DNA of 64,000 nucleotides from Mizuhopecten yessoensis (lineage: Eukaryota), in assembly GCF_002113885.1 (NCBI RefSeq), contig NW_018408906.1:395033-459032 (forward strand), in the 5' to 3' direction. A program made the translations under genes and the position numbers. The notes beneath the pieces are model-generated. The model was not told the DNA's origin, did no database searches, and worked only from the letters and a program-made list of their open reading frames with translations. Positions 38,990 to 52,821 of this stretch are shown piece by piece (position 1 is the first letter of the stretch; each line of letters opens with the position of its first letter).

Positions 38990-39865
38990 TCTTCAACGTA
39001 TATATACCTTATTTCTTGAAATCGTGAACTCTGTACGTATAGCTATGTTTTTGAATGCACCGTTTTGATGTACGTATTGTAATGAATACACAAGAGCACA
39101 CAGCACCTAACCAATCAAGACAATGGAAATATTTCTACATTGTACGACGGGTTCCGCGTGAAACCACAGTGCTGAGCACACAAAATCTATTTTGTTACGT
39201 GTAATGAATGCTAATTAAGTTATGCCTATGCATGCGCACCAGTGTTTCCTACGAAAATCCTTACGATAGGAAATAGCTTTGAGTCAGGGAACGTTCCTTA
39301 TTTCAATTAATTGAAAATTACTGTCAAGTATGGCGTATATTTAAAATTATTGAATACAAATATAAATTATTGCACATATATTTACATTTATTGAATATTA
39401 ATATAAAATTTCGAACATACATATAAAATTGTTGAATATTGCAACGTTTGACGCGCCATACTCTTGCACATGCATGCCCGTGTTTCTCATTAAATGATAT
39501 ACACAAAAGTATTGAATAATCATTCGAAGTATGCCTTAAGCATTTTTTAAATATGATTGACTGATGCCAGACGAATTTCTGCTAACTCTTGATGTATTAA
39601 GTTCATACGTTATTTTGCTACCAATCAGTAGGTGAAATATTCATTAATCCAAAGGGAGTGTGCATTATTTTGCCGTGTGCTGTTATAGTTAGGTTTTGAT
39701 AATAATGAAACAAACTCTGTCAACTTATATTATGTTAATATTTCTTGTAGCTTCGAATTGAAGAGGGTGTTCTTTATGTGAGAGGAGAACACTCACGTGG
39801 TCGGGCAAGTGGTACAAAACCTTTACACTTTGGATCGGGGAATTGAACCTCGCCCGTCTTGGTGA

Positions 39866-40030
39866 AATTTGGTTTGGTTTGGTTTGTTTGTGTTTTACCT
39901 CCTATTAACAGCTATGGTCATTTAAGGACGTGCCAGGTTTTGATGGTGGAGGAAAGCCGGAGTTCCCGGAGAAAAACCACTGACCGACGTACAGCCATTA
40001 TGCCTGGCAACTGCCCTAGGCAACAGCGGC
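39866..40030 (-). mobile_element. SINE 3' fragment with (CCAAA)n tail
   Basis: (TTTGG)n tail plus a GGAAAGCCGGAGTTCCCGGAGAAAAACCAC core. Absent from the left duplicate. Confidence 0.55.
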
Positions 40031-40864
40031 AACTCTATAGGCCAGAGACTTGGAAGATTGCTACAGCATGAAATAATCTAAAACTACGCGTGCATGCATG
40101 TAATTAAATCAGACTTACAGCAAACCAGCACGTCCTTTACGTGGACTAAAAGTAAAGACCGCAATCGGAATCACAGGGACCTGAGAATTTGTTACAGCCT
40201 TATTTGGACCTAAAATAAGGTGGTCAGAGTAATTTCACACGTTCAATGGGTTTAGATCATCTTTCGGTAAAAACAAAATGCCACCCCAAATGACCGAAAT
40301 TTGATATAAACCCATAAAACGCATTTTTTTTTGATGAACACCTTAGTTAAGGTTCAAATATATATATATAGCTGTAACAAATTATCAGGTCCCTGTAATC
40401 GGAATTGGGACTAATGCACTCGAATCTGATTAAGAGGATTTTAGGTTTTGTATAAAAAAACACCGATATAGATCTATACACACAGTATGATTGCAGACTA
40501 CGAATGAAGTTCCCCATTATATTGAAACATGAAATCGGGAAAGGTTTCCACTCACATACGAAATCATTCAATGACATGGTTTCTAGTACAGAATACAAAT
40601 TATATACACCAGACGCAGCAATTCGGTTACAAAGTAAATACACATGTTAATATACAGTGTTGACCAACAATCAGCTGTTCATATTCGCATTACTGTTACA
40701 TGTATGCATTGCGTATGCATGTGTCATAATTATGGAACGCAAGAAAATACATAATCTACATATTTGAATCTGTTTGTACAACTGTGCGTGTATTGCCAAT
40801 GCAGTTGGTTGAGAAAAAGAGTTAGATAATCTATATAAAATTCCTACAATTAAATGAATGTACA

Positions 40865-41220
40865 TGTAACAGGAAAGAGAATAGTGTGCTTTCACCGGGG
40901 ATCGAACCCGTGATCCCTAGCTTGGTTCCTAGTCGAAGCTAAAAGTATATGGACAATTAAAATCTGCCACACTACTCTCCCCTTTTTAATGTGTTCGCCC
41001 TCGAACACCACAACCCAGGTTCTAACTCCCTGTCACCACAGGGTGGGCCACGGACACCATTTGTAACTGGAAAGAGAAGTGTCCTTCCACCGGGGATCGA
41101 ACCCGCGATCCCTCTGTTCCTAGCTATAGTCGACGCTCTACCACTGAGCTAAAGGGAAATTCCCTCTAGCTCGAAGCTAGGAGGCGAACGTAATCCTATT
41201 TACAATTAAAATCTGCCACA
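40865..41220 (-). mobile_element. TRIM (miniature LTR element) with tRNA-like LTRs
   Basis: Minus strand: LTR 41220-41062 (TGTGGCAG...GTTACA), PBS-like TGGTGTCCG, ~90 bp interior, PPT AAAAAGGGGAGAGTAG, LTR 40971-40865. Confidence 0.78.
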
Positions 41221-41784
41221 CATAAAATAATTTAAGTCCCCTATATTCTTCTATCTTCTTCTTCCGTCTGTTAGTGTCCCAAGATTTTTTTTTACATTTA
41301 GAACTTGATTTTTATTATTCTCTCAAAAGTATCCGCAACGAACATCTTCCGGCTACTTCCAAAGCCACCACTGTTAGTTAGATCTTACTTTTTAGCTGGG
41401 AGCCTAACGTGAGATCATTGCAATTGGCTAATAGAGATTTTGTGTCATTTAGGGTAATTCTTGTGACATTCTGGATGATTCTTGTCATATTTTTGAGGGA
41501 TTTGGTTAATTGGTCTAGCCAGTCGAGAAGGTTTTACGGAATATTATTAAAATATCCGTTTATAGTAAAAAAAACAACAGCGGCCTTCTATAATATATTT
41601 TTTTTTTATCTCAAGCACGTAATATGAATAAATGAATAAATTTGAAATTATTCATTGAGATATTAGATATGTTTTCTTTTTCTGAAATGAGGAAATACAA
41701 AAATATTGAAAGCTATACAATAAATATATGGTGTACGGTAATTATATAAGTGTAAGGACAGTGAGTGTGCGACCAACGGGTCTC

Positions 41785-41911
41785 TATGATGGCGGTTATC
41801 TCCCTTGCTATGACGATCTTCAGTGTAAAGGAAGAAAATGGTGTAAGCCGGTTGACCGACGATGTTCCACACATGGTTTCAAGGATACTTTGCGTAATTA
41901 TTTGTTTCTGA
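41785..41911 (+). promoter_or_regulatory. Probable promoter/non-coding first exon of ECSIT (duplicated at ~8565-8691)
   Basis: YY1-like ATGGCGG and AAAATGG motifs and a GAG|GTAATT donor. The next acceptor TTTTCCAG precedes the ECSIT ATG exon. Confidence 0.35.
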
Positions 41912-43436
41912 GGTAATTACCAGTTTATACCGGTTGTCACGACAATGAACATACTATTTGTATGCATAAATGTTATTTTCTCGAAATTGATTTCAGCCAT
42001 ACAGTATTTTGTCTCAGCACGTGGGAGATCTCGACTTTCCATTCCAGGTTTGGGATGACATATGAAGATGGACCGACCATCGTTTTAGGGAATGTCCCTG
42101 TTTAAAGCGACAAAACTATTCGAGGTAATATCGCTGTTTACAGTGACAAAAATGCCTTGCTTCACATTCTAGAATAAAAATACATATAATATGCTTTGTA
42201 GTAATTTTCTTGAAACATACACATATTCAGGTATTACCATTGTAATAGGACGAGGAATAGTGATAAAGATAGTGCCGTCACTGGGGCTCGAACCCGCGAC
42301 CCTTGGCTCTCCAGTTACTGCTGAGCTAAAGGGAAACTCCCTACAGCTGACACTTGTAAGGCTACCTAAGCAATGCTCATCTTTTACACCAAAAGGTGAT
42401 AGTAATCCTGCAGTTAGATAACAGTTGCCTGTTCTGACATGAAGAATTATTACTCAGGCATGTGGGAGGTTGTGCCCACCCTCATAATAAGGGTTTCAGA
42501 CGATTCGTCACCAAATCTGTTCTGTCCCAAGCTTTTTTGCTCCATTTTACTTCATAATGCTCAAAAAAAATCTTCCCAAAAATTCCTAACGCCCTTAAAC
42601 TGTTTAGACAACCACTTCAAGAATCATCCTGTAGTTTATGACATTGAAACTCAGCTTGTTGAATAATCGCCTGCATTCAGAATAATCATAAGGTAAAAAA
42701 AATATGTAACAAACCATCATTATTACCCCAAAAAATTGTTCATTTTTCAGTTTGCATAGATGTATTATTGTTTATTCAGGCAAATGAATCATAATAGTTT
42801 TTTTGGGTGATATGGGCATTGGCTAAATTTGGGCAATATAGATGTCAATTTGGATTGAAATAAGAATACATTTTGGGTGTTAGTTAAAAAATCACTTTCT
42901 AAGTAAACGAAGTAGATTCTATAGAAAAGATATTGTTAAAAAATGTAGTAGATACAAAAATTGAAATAATTTTGAAAACATCTCATCAAGACACTCTTAC
43001 ATTATTTTGGACATTACAAGTATCACAGTATGTAATACAGCATGTGTCCTAAACTTATTACGACAAATGCAGTACATGTAAGTACTTGGGCTGTCACAAT
43101 ATATTGGAAAACCTGTACATCGCATATCATATCATATCGCAATACACAAATGAAATGTTGTTGTATTGCAATAATTTTCAAAATCTTGTTTTTATGAATT
43201 ATGCTAGGTGCTTTTAACCTTACAAACTCCATTGTACTACATATTGTACCAGTTATGCCAATAACCATACACAGGCTATATTTGCGGTGGAAATCAGTTT
43301 AAATTTCATAATTGATGGTTTGTATAGCGATTTAAATCTTAATTAGCATCTTTTTCCAATGACAATATCGGATACGTATCGCAATATATGTGTATTGCAA
43401 TATATTGTGATATACTCCAGGTATATTGTGACACCT

Positions 43437-43700
43437 GGGCCCATATTCATGAAACCGTTCTCATGCTCAAGCATGGATTTTGTGCTCAAACCAACATTCT
43501 TGTAACTCACTTAAATCATGTCAAACGATCAAAACGTCAAATGAAAACATTGAAAACAGTATTTGACTTTAAGTCTCTTCAAAGTTTTTCCAAATCATTG
43601 AAAAAATAAAATTTTATTATCAAGTTATAACCGGAACAAGAAATTAGACTTGAGCACAAATTCCATATTTGAGCATGAGAACAGTTTCATGAATACGGCT
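43437..43700. mobile_element. MITE with ~50 bp TIRs (PIF/Harbinger-like)
   Basis: CCCATATTCATGAAACCGTTCTCATGCTCAAGCATGG... versus ...CCATATTTGAGCATGAGAACAGTTTCATGAATACGG. Confidence 0.7.
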
Positions 43701-43799
43701 ACTGTAGTATGGACATTCTTTAGATAAATTCAACACACCCAAAATTTCATGTGAGCATGATTGGTCCATGTAATACAGTGTTATTTATAATTATTATAA

Positions 43800-44130
43800 T
43801 GAAAAGAGCTATCACTAGCTTTGGGAGGGTTTCGGCTATGTTGTGGAATAGCTTACCATCTGCTATTAGAAAGTCAAATCCCCTGGCCAAGTTCAAGAGG
43901 GACATCAAAACTCACCTCTTCACGTCTGTATTTTAGAATCTTTGCAAAGACGTCATGTAAATACCACCCTTTTATTTGTTCAATTATGTAATTGCACATT
44001 GCTTGCTTAAATGTATGAAAGTGATTGTAAGCCTTTGTTTTTTGCTATTATCCATATGTTTTAAAGCGCTTTAGAGTAATTTTACAAATTATAAAGGGCG
44101 CTATATAAATGTTGTATATTATTATTACTA
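43800..44130 (+). mobile_element. L2/CR1-clade LINE 3' remnant
   Basis: LWNSLPSAIRKSNPLAKFKRDIKTHLF C-terminal motif, followed by AGCGCTTTAGAG...GGCGCTATATAAAT and a (TAT)n tail. Confidence 0.7.
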
Positions 44131-44344
44131 GTTCAATTTATGAAATTTAAAAGAAAATTGATGGAGTAATTTTAATCATATTTCTGAACTAGTACTATTG
44201 TGTATGAATTATATCTACTTTCATTTTATAGGGTTTGTCCGGTTATAAGAAGCACAAATATTATTAAGTCATATAAAATTTCACTAATTGGTTTCTCAAT
44301 TTTCTTCATTTTCCAGGCACGTCCAACTGAAAAACAGTTCCACC

Positions 44345-45026
44345 ATGTTTCCTCGTGGTGTGTGTACAAGGTTTAGCACATCACAACTTCACCTGGTGTT
44401 GAAGCAGTGTAAATCACTGACAGGTCAGTTTCACACGGGATCTGCAGAATCATCTGCAGCTGAGAAACAGCATGAGAGGCAGCAAGGAAATCAGCTTGAA
44501 AATCAGCAGGATAATCAGCAAGAGACGAAATCTGATTCAGATTTAGCTACCAAGGAGAATTCTGAACAAGTTCAGGTTCTCACCGAGGAACAAATGTCTT
44601 CCATACAACCTCAAAATGAAGCAGCCTCAAAACATCCAGATCTTTGGAAAAATCCAATAGATATGAGAATTCTTCCTAAAAAATATAAATTCACAGACGA
44701 GGAAAAGAAAATGTTTCAGCTGTCAACCTACATATTTCACGAAATCGGAGAATCGGGCAAAAACAAAAGAAATTTTCTGAAAGCGTTAGCGATATACAAG
44801 AAACGGGAGAAGGTGTACAATAGGGGCCTGGTGGAGTTTCTATCGACTGGTTTGGATAACATGAAAGAATGGGGTGTACATAAAGACAAAGAAGTGTACA
44901 AGGCTATGATAGGCACTATGCCCCAAGAGAAGTTTCTTCCAAAGTCAAAATGGATGGCCGAGCTGGGACACTATCCCAAGCAACAACAGTGTGCTATAGA
45001 CATTCTGGAAAAAATGCAAAATAATG
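44345..45026 (+). CDS. ECSIT: ECSIT coding exon 1 (mitochondrial presequence-like N-terminus)
   Basis: RGLVEFLSTGLDNMKEWGVHKDKEVYKAMI..MP...HYPKQQQCAIDILEKM matches the ECSIT family. Donor G|GTAAG. Confidence 0.92.
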
Positions 45027-45724
45027 GTAAGACTGATGGAAAGAAGTTCAGCAACCGTTTTCAGGGATCAATCTAGACTTGATTCACTATACCGTTTATG
45101 GGTAGTTCCCCTACAGAAGAAAATTCCCCTGTTCTTTGAAATTCCCCCTATGTGCTACAAAACTCCCTTATTTCAACAAGAAAATAGCTGTTTTTTCTTC
45201 ACAATATTTCCCCTATATATGTTTTCTTTAAAGTTCAACAGTTAAAATGCATAATACTGCATATATACATTTTCTCCACATAATTTTAACAAAAATTCTA
45301 CGATTTTAAGCTTAAAATTGTTTAAAAATTGAAATATACTGCACACATGTATATCGGACAAAACATTTATCTTTTACCTTCGTGACGCTATATAGCCTTG
45401 TATCAAATTTTAATTCCCCCCAAATCTTAAAAAGGGTAGTTTCCCCTAAAACCTAGATTGATCCCTGGTTTTAATTATTTTTCTGATACTTAAAGTGAAG
45501 TACGTATACTGTGAAAGCAGATATTTTCGTGGGGCCCATATTTTGTGGTTTTCCAACAAAACACCATTTCATGGGTACATGATTACGAGTATCCACTCGA
45601 ACGGAGAATTGTTTTATATATCAAACTTTTATTTTATTCATTGACATATGGATTTGTGAATGAAGATTACCCATGAAATCAGTGAAATTAAAAAACCCAT
45701 GACAAATAGTGATTTCACAGTATA

Positions 45725-46025
45725 CAGTCAAACCTCGTTATCTCGAAGTCGGCGGGATCGTTGGGAAACTTCGAGCTATCCGAGTATTCGAGTTAAGATT
45801 GTGAATCTTAAGAAACTTCGAGGTAAGCAATATTTTTATGTAGGATTTACGTTGTTGGGACCGATATTTCACTTCAGGATATCTGAGTTTTTCGAGTTTT
45901 CAGAGTTCGAATTATCAGAGTTTTTATTACTAAGATTAAGAAGAGTTTTGGCCGGGACCGATGAATTACTTCGAGTTAAACGGGGTCTTTGAGTTATACG
46001 AGTTCGAGATAACGAGGTTCGACTG
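45725..46025. mobile_element. Tc1/mariner-type MITE in ECSIT intron
   Basis: TIR CAGTCAAACCTCGTTATCTCGAA / TTCGAGATAACGAGGTTCGACTG with TA TSD. Confidence 0.85.
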
Positions 46026-46158
46026 TATATGTATTGTACCTTATAAATTATGTTTGTTAAATGTTTCAGTGTAATAGGTACTCCCGACGCCCCTGTATTA
46101 ATTTCTTTGGAAGCATTTCAGATATCATTGTACAAGAATGAGTTTTCCGTGGTTGCAG

Positions 46159-46382
46159 GTGTAATACCTGACGAGAAGATGGAGGAAATGATCGAAGAAA
46201 GGTTCGGCATCAGCAGCTACGTGATGAGGAAGTACACGCGAATGTTGTACTGGATGCCAAAGTTCCGCCACGCTAATCCTTATCCTGTGCCCTGGCAACT
46301 AACTGATGACCCCATACAGCTGGCCATTATAGCACTGAAGCGTATGGCCATCGACCTTAACAACAAAATCACAGTCTGGAAG
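46159..46382 (+). CDS. ECSIT: ECSIT coding exon 2
   Basis: GVIPD...FG..SYVMRKYTRMLYWMPKFRHANPYPVP. Bounded by TTGCAG and AAG|GTAAA. Confidence 0.92.
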
Positions 46383-47175
46383 GTAAAAGTAATCATGTAG
46401 TACAGGATCGATCCCAAGTCGGATGGCAGGTTGGGTCAGCGGGCATGTGAATCTTTTTGTCTTTTGCAAAATTTTCCAACATTTGTCAAAATTAAAAAAA
46501 TGGACAAACGTTATTGGAATTCGATACTAGTGTATAAAAAACATTCATATTTAAGTAAAAAACGGTCCTGTTTTGGGTACCATACACTGACATATACATA
46601 GTTTAGTGAAGGACATGATAACAAGGTTTAATTCCATTATGCTTATCATTATAATCTGTGTGAAATTGACTGCAGTATTTGTTTTATATGCTAAGGTGCT
46701 CTTTTAATCAATAAACAATTTACATGTGATATGATCCAGCTGGGGAAATCCTGGATATTGAGAGTAGTGGGCCATTTTCAGCAAGTTTTCGTCAATTTCA
46801 AAATTAAGAGAAGCCATTCTGTGTAAAATTTAAAAAAAAAATGGAACATGGACGGGTCAATTTCAGTTTTGAGGGGTCATGATCAATGGCCCCATGACCC
46901 CCTCAAAGATTATCACAAAATGCCTGGAATGTATCACAATGTATGTATTGATATACAGAAGGAATGTGTTGTGGTGTTATCATAGGGAAAAGGTGCTAAC
47001 TTCGAAAGAAAGATGTCAGAATGTTTTCAACTTTAATCGTATACAGTCAAACTTTAATGTTTCGAACTTTGCGGGAACATTGGGGGAAAATTTGAATCAT
47101 CAGGACATTGATTCAGGACTGCTGAACATCAAACGTCTTTATATCCTCTACCTAAACATGGAATGTGATTCTTAA

Positions 47176-47258
47176 CCCTTTCACCCCTATGTAACTTTAG
47201 TAGACTCTACCATGCATTGATCTGGACGAGTCCATTATGGTCTACAGTGTTGAAAGGG
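47176..47258. mobile_element. 83-bp piggyBac-like MITE
   Basis: TTAA-CCCTTTCA...TGAAAGGG-TTAA. Confidence 0.75.
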
Positions 47259-47719
47259 TTAAGTGACGAAACTTAGTCCATGAATATTAAAGTGACAACA
47301 AGAGTTCACATTTAATTAGACATTATAGTTCAATGGTGATCTTATCCAAGTCGCCATTTCTTTGTCCATTATTTAAATTGTTAAAATGAACACACAGTTT
47401 GTTTGTGGTACAATGAATAGTATCGGCCTGTCGGTTAGAATGTGCAGTATCTTCCTATATATTAAAGTACCTAGCAGATCCATAAAAAAATAAGGTTCTT
47501 GAAAAAATTGTGATACAGCAATATTTCAGTTGTTTTACAATGTGATATGCCTGTGTATTGCAATATACTGATTTTCCAATTAATTGTGCACCAGCCCTTA
47601 ATATCACAGAGCATTATTTTTCTGTGGAAAGTGACAGTGGTGTAGTAATACATTACACCTTCGTAATTTGTTTTTCGATAAAAACTAATATATATTTTCT
47701 ATTAACCTTTACTACATAG

Positions 47720-47933
47720 ACTGCGGAAGTTGAGGAAATTCCTCTGGAGGACACATTCATAGTTAGTGCCCAGAGTCCTGATCAGGCAGAGCTGATCAGC
47801 GCCCATTCCGTGGATGTCCCCCTGGTGGTGGAAGGTAGTTACAGTGTCTGGCTTCGTCACAAACAGCAACACTACTTTGTGCTAAAGTCCGACCAGGGTA
47901 GACCTCATGCCCCTGCGGGAGATGTGGAAGACG
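47720..47933 (+). CDS. ECSIT: ECSIT coding exon 3 (missed by the ORF track)
   Basis: TFIVSAQSPDQAELISAH...LVVEGSYSVWLRHKQQHYFVLKSD. Bounded by CATAG and G|GTGAGT with consistent phases. Confidence 0.9.
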
Positions 47934-48989
47934 GTGAGTAAGATCTGATGGATGTAAATTTGAAAAATTCCCCCAAAAATGACCGGTCAAGTATAAACGA
48001 TTTCCTTATAAATAGAGTTTCTTTAACTATTAACCTATTGCAGGTATTGATTTTTATCAAACAAGCTACAAATCCGATTGAAACCAAACTAAAAATAAAT
48101 AAATAAAGAAGCAACTGAACTTGAAAGATGTCAATATGTATTTTAATGGGTTCCCTTATCAGAAGTCTATCGGAATACAGTGTTATGCAGGTTTCCAGAG
48201 CATGTCTCTGCCACTGTTTCATGAGTGTGCATAAAGATTTTTTGCAGATACATGTAGGTATATCATAAAATGGGTCATTGTGACTTCTTTTTGACCTTTG
48301 ACCTTGACCTGAAGTGCTAAAATACAGTTTAATATAGTTTCCTGGATCACTTATCATCTCAGCCACTGTTTCATGAAACTAAGGAAGGTGGTGTGACACA
48401 TCTTAAAATGGGTCACTGTGACTTCTATTTGATCTTTGACCTGGACTTCATGTGGTAACATACTATGTCATACAGTTTTCTTGAACAAATCTTAGCCACT
48501 GTTTCATGAAACTTAGGAAGGTGGTGTGACACATCTTAAAATGGGTCACTGTGACTTCTATTTGATCTTTGACCTGGACCGCATGTGGTAACATACTATG
48601 TCATACAGTTTTCTGACACAAATCTCAGCCACTTTTAAGATGGTTTGTCAGATCCTAAAATGAGGTCACCATGACCTGAAAAAGGTTAAACAGGTTTCTG
48701 GAGCATATCTTGGATACCGTTTCATGTATTGATATGAGGGTTCTTCATGGTCAAGCAGTATGTTGTGTAATATAATTATATAATTTGTTCAACTTCAATA
48801 TGACTCAAGTTTACCATACAGAGTGAGCTTAAGGTTTTCAGAGGATATCTTGGCTACAGTTTTTAAGGTATGCACATCAGACTAGATGTGAAGGTAAGTT
48901 ATTCTGGGGCAATGTGTAATGTAATTAAATTAACTTTATTTACTTTACAACAGTTATGAAAGAAATTATTTCAACTTAAATAAATCACT

Positions 48990-49170
48990 CTGTTTGGCCC
49001 GGGTGTTAGCGTGCAGGGCTTCTTAATGTGGGAGGAAACTAGAGTATGGGAAGAAAACCCACATGGTCGGGCCGGTGACCCCATACCTTTTCACGTCCGA
49101 TCGGGGAATCAAACCCAGGGTGCCTTGGTTAAAGGCAATTGCACTATCCACTGTGCCAAACCAACCACCC
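48990..49170 (-). mobile_element. tRNA-derived SINE in ECSIT intron
   Basis: A/B-box remnants on the minus strand plus a GGAAACTAGAGTATGGGAAGAAAACCCAC core. Confidence 0.6.
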
Positions 49171-49441
49171 ATGTAATTAAATGAGGCTCATGAGTTCATC
49201 GTTCGAATGTTTGACCTTGACCTCAAGTACCAAGCATATATATAGGAACAGATATGCAGGGAGCTATCCACTATGCCCACGCTTCAAGTAAAACCTAATT
49301 TAAATATTAATTCAAAAGCACAATTTCGCAGAATTTCCATGAAACATGTTAAAAGTTATTAGTACTGTAAAATAATTGCTCCCAACAACTATAGTGACAT
49401 ACAGTTCTAAAATGTAAGTTCTTTTTCTTTTCTATGGTCAG

Positions 49442-49701
49442 ATTCTGAGGTGGACTGGACAGGACTGAACCCTTACTTAACGGAGAACGAGGACGACCAG
49501 GCCGTACTGGTCCCTCCGAGTATCCACTGTCAGGACGATGGCACCGTGATGGCCACTTGCATCACAGGGACCTCTTCTCGCGATTCTGTGGTCACCTGGA
49601 TACGCTACCTCCAACAGAGCAATCCCAAACTAGAACACATCCCTATTCTGTTCTCTATCAAAACACACACCGGGCAGCTAGATGTTCGACCACCAACCTA
49701 G
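49442..49701 (+). CDS. ECSIT: ECSIT coding exon 4 (last); total CDS 1380 nt, 459 aa
   Basis: SIHCQDDGTVMATCITGTSSRDSVVTWIRYLQQSNPKLEHIPILF, then TAG stop. Confidence 0.92.
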
Positions 49702-52700
49702 TGTTAATGTGTCAAATGTCAACTGGACAACTTCGAGGTGGTGAAAAGCTTTGACAGGAAGTTCGCCAATGTTGTTGTCCAACAAAACCTGTGTAATCCG
49801 GTTCTCCGTCTGCTCGGAAATATTCCAAGGTCAGCTCGGGATCACAGAGTAGAAAAAGCGGGGTAGACTGCGACAGGAAGTTTGTAAATGTTATTGTCAA
49901 ACAAAAACCAGCCATTCTAGTCTCTCCCAGGATTTTTATGCAAAAGGTCAACTGGAGGTCACAGAAAATGAGAGATAACCAATTGCAAGGGCAAGGATTC
50001 AGATAGTGTTGATGTCAACATTAATACATTTTGTATGTGTCATTTTGATCATCATCTACATGAAATGGTCAGTTGGAGATCACTCTTTAGGAAGACTAGT
50101 CTGTTATTGAGAATGTGTTACAAATCTTTTCTATCCTAGGCCTCTTGCATTTATCGTGTTCCGAACCGTTGGACCAGAGTTGTTCGTTTATGTAATAGAG
50201 ATGGGCCTGGTTATTTGATGTTGCTTTCTGTTGAGCCTTGGTCAAGACTGTCGATCGAGGCCTGCATTATTAACAATTGCAGAACCACCCAGATTTATCA
50301 CTGAAATATCACATTTAAAAAAAGTTGAACCGATTCCTCCACATAAAAGAACATGCCCCTATTTGCCATCCATTGAATGTTAATTGGCTGCAGGTCTTGG
50401 AGGAGATATAGGGTCATAACCATAACAAGACATTGCTGTGTTTTTTAACACAAAGTTAATATTTGTCGTTAATTTAAGGAAGAAGGCAAAGTTTAGTATT
50501 GATCTGATGAAAATAACCAGTGTTTTGGAAATGAATATTTGTAGGTCATTTAGGAAGGAAGTTTGTATAAATTTGCTAAACATCTCCGATATTTTGCGAT
50601 CAAAAGGATTGCATAAACTGTAAACATAAGTATTTAAGCAGCATTTATTTTTTGGGTATAATACATGATGCAGTAATATCAGCTTTAATGTACACCTGGA
50701 TCCTAAAAGTGTACACTTTTGTTTACTTATAATAAACATTTTGATAAAGAAGCAATTGATTTCAAAAGGTGAGTCCTGTGAATGATTTCTGCCAGATACT
50801 GTGTTTATTCGGCAATATCTCGTTTCTGATACGCATGACATAGGGGAGAAGGCGTTTGTACTTCCGGTATACACTGACAATCTGAAAGTTGCACAAAACA
50901 GTATGGAATAAAACTGGTATGTGGTTCCAAACTGCATGTCTAACAACGGGGTACTAGTTGGAAGATATTCCTTTCTTGAAGAATATGAAACTTTTGTTCA
51001 AATTTAATTCAGATTCAATTCAGATTTTACTTCATCGAATTTGGTTTTTTGCTTATTTACTTTTACAACGTATACCAGTATACCTGCCCCCTATTAATCT
51101 ACCATGTGTCCGCCAAATCATTTGACTATTCTTGAGGAAACTTGAGTCTTGGAAACCTTGCCTGTTACTGGTAATAAGAAATGGCTTTAATGAAAAAAAA
51201 GGATTTTTAAAGTTTAAACCCCATAATAATTTAAGAGAACAAGGAATTGTAATTTTTTGGGAATTTTACAGACATACGCGTAGTTTTCAAAATCCATTCT
51301 TAATAATATACTTAACTGATTATTTCTCGAGTGTGAAATAAGAGCTGAAAGAGGTGACCCTCAAAATACTACTGCCTTCAGAATTGTGATAGATTCTGAG
51401 TAAATGTTTTGGTATGTGTTTGGTTTAATGATATTAAATGTTTTTGAAAGAGCAATGCTTTTGTCTTCCGTATATTTCAGAATACCTGAATTGTAGTGAT
51501 GGGCTGCTGATCAGTAATAATCGAAAACTGATTGATTTGCCATTTCTTCTCTTCCGATTATTGATAACAAATTCCAAAATCAATATAAACGGTTCATTAC
51601 TTAACTTAAGTGTCAAATGATTGCAATATACAGTATGCATTGAATTTTCTTTAACAGCACACCAGAAATTTTTCGCCTTTTTGCCCGCCATAATGAGGGG
51701 AATTTTTCATTACAGCGAACCTTAGGGAACACATACCTGGATAATGTACATAATTATTTGTGAATGGCCAAATTGACAATGGGCGAATATGGATTTTTCC
51801 GGTGTAGGGCAATATAGATGAATAACTAAAAGCTGCTTGTAATCAGATCATTATAAAAAATATGAAACCTAATGTATAGTTAAAAACTATGTATATGGAT
51901 GTTAAAATAGTAGTCTCGCTTTATTTGGGTAATAAGTTCCTGAAAATTATAAACGGAATATGCAATGATTATCAATCAATTCACTACTTCCAATAACAAA
52001 ACGATTATCGATCATGATTTTTGATCAATTGCCCATCACTACAGTGCATTGGTGAAATCTTGAAAGGGATCATCTTTTAAAATGTTATTTGTGTTAACTT
52101 AATTATGATTGAGAAATATATTCAAATGATGTTAAAAGAATCTGGAGCTTTATATATAACATTCTCATGAAAAAGTGAATTTACTACAAAAAATGAAAAA
52201 AAATGAATGTGTACTTTTGCTTTGTCACAAAACTGAATAAATTCTTGGATTTCTTATTTTAAGATATACCACCTGCAATGAAGCGCATATATATAGAATC
52301 CGGTTGTCTGTTTTTCTGTAGACACAAGATTGGTGGCACTTCTCCTAAAGTAAATAAATGAGTATTTCATATGAAACTTTATATTCTGCAAGGCAGTATG
52401 TGTTTCTATATCAAATTAATGAATTTGCAAAAATTTGATGGAGTCAAAATGAAACAAAGTACAGGACATTTAAGCATTATCTCCGAAAGCTATATTTTCA
52501 TTGTGAAAGGCACAGTTTGTTACAGCTATATTTGGACCTAAACTAAGGTGTTCAGAGTAATTTTACATGTTTTAGGGGTTCAGATCGACTTTCGGTGAAA
52601 ATGATTGGGTGTCATTTTTACCGAAAGTCGGTACGTGATAATGAACAGCTGTATTTATTCAGATTGTCTTGTTTTACAACCCAATTTCGGCAATTTTTTT

Positions 52701-52821
52701 TATTGTACTCATTTTGTTGTCCTCATATCTACATACTGACAAGTAATGATAATATTTTTTTTACATTTATCTCCCTTTGCATTGTCGCTTTACAAAAAAG
52801 TACAGAATCAAAAAACAAAAA

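Noticed and set aside
41080-41165. tRNA gene
   Set aside because: A/B boxes are present, but I see no intact cloverleaf or acceptor stem, and it is embedded in a repeated LTR.
50380-50946. 188-aa minus-strand ORF
   Set aside because: No recognisable motif, AT-rich composition, and no splice support; it lies antisense to the probable ECSIT 3'UTR.
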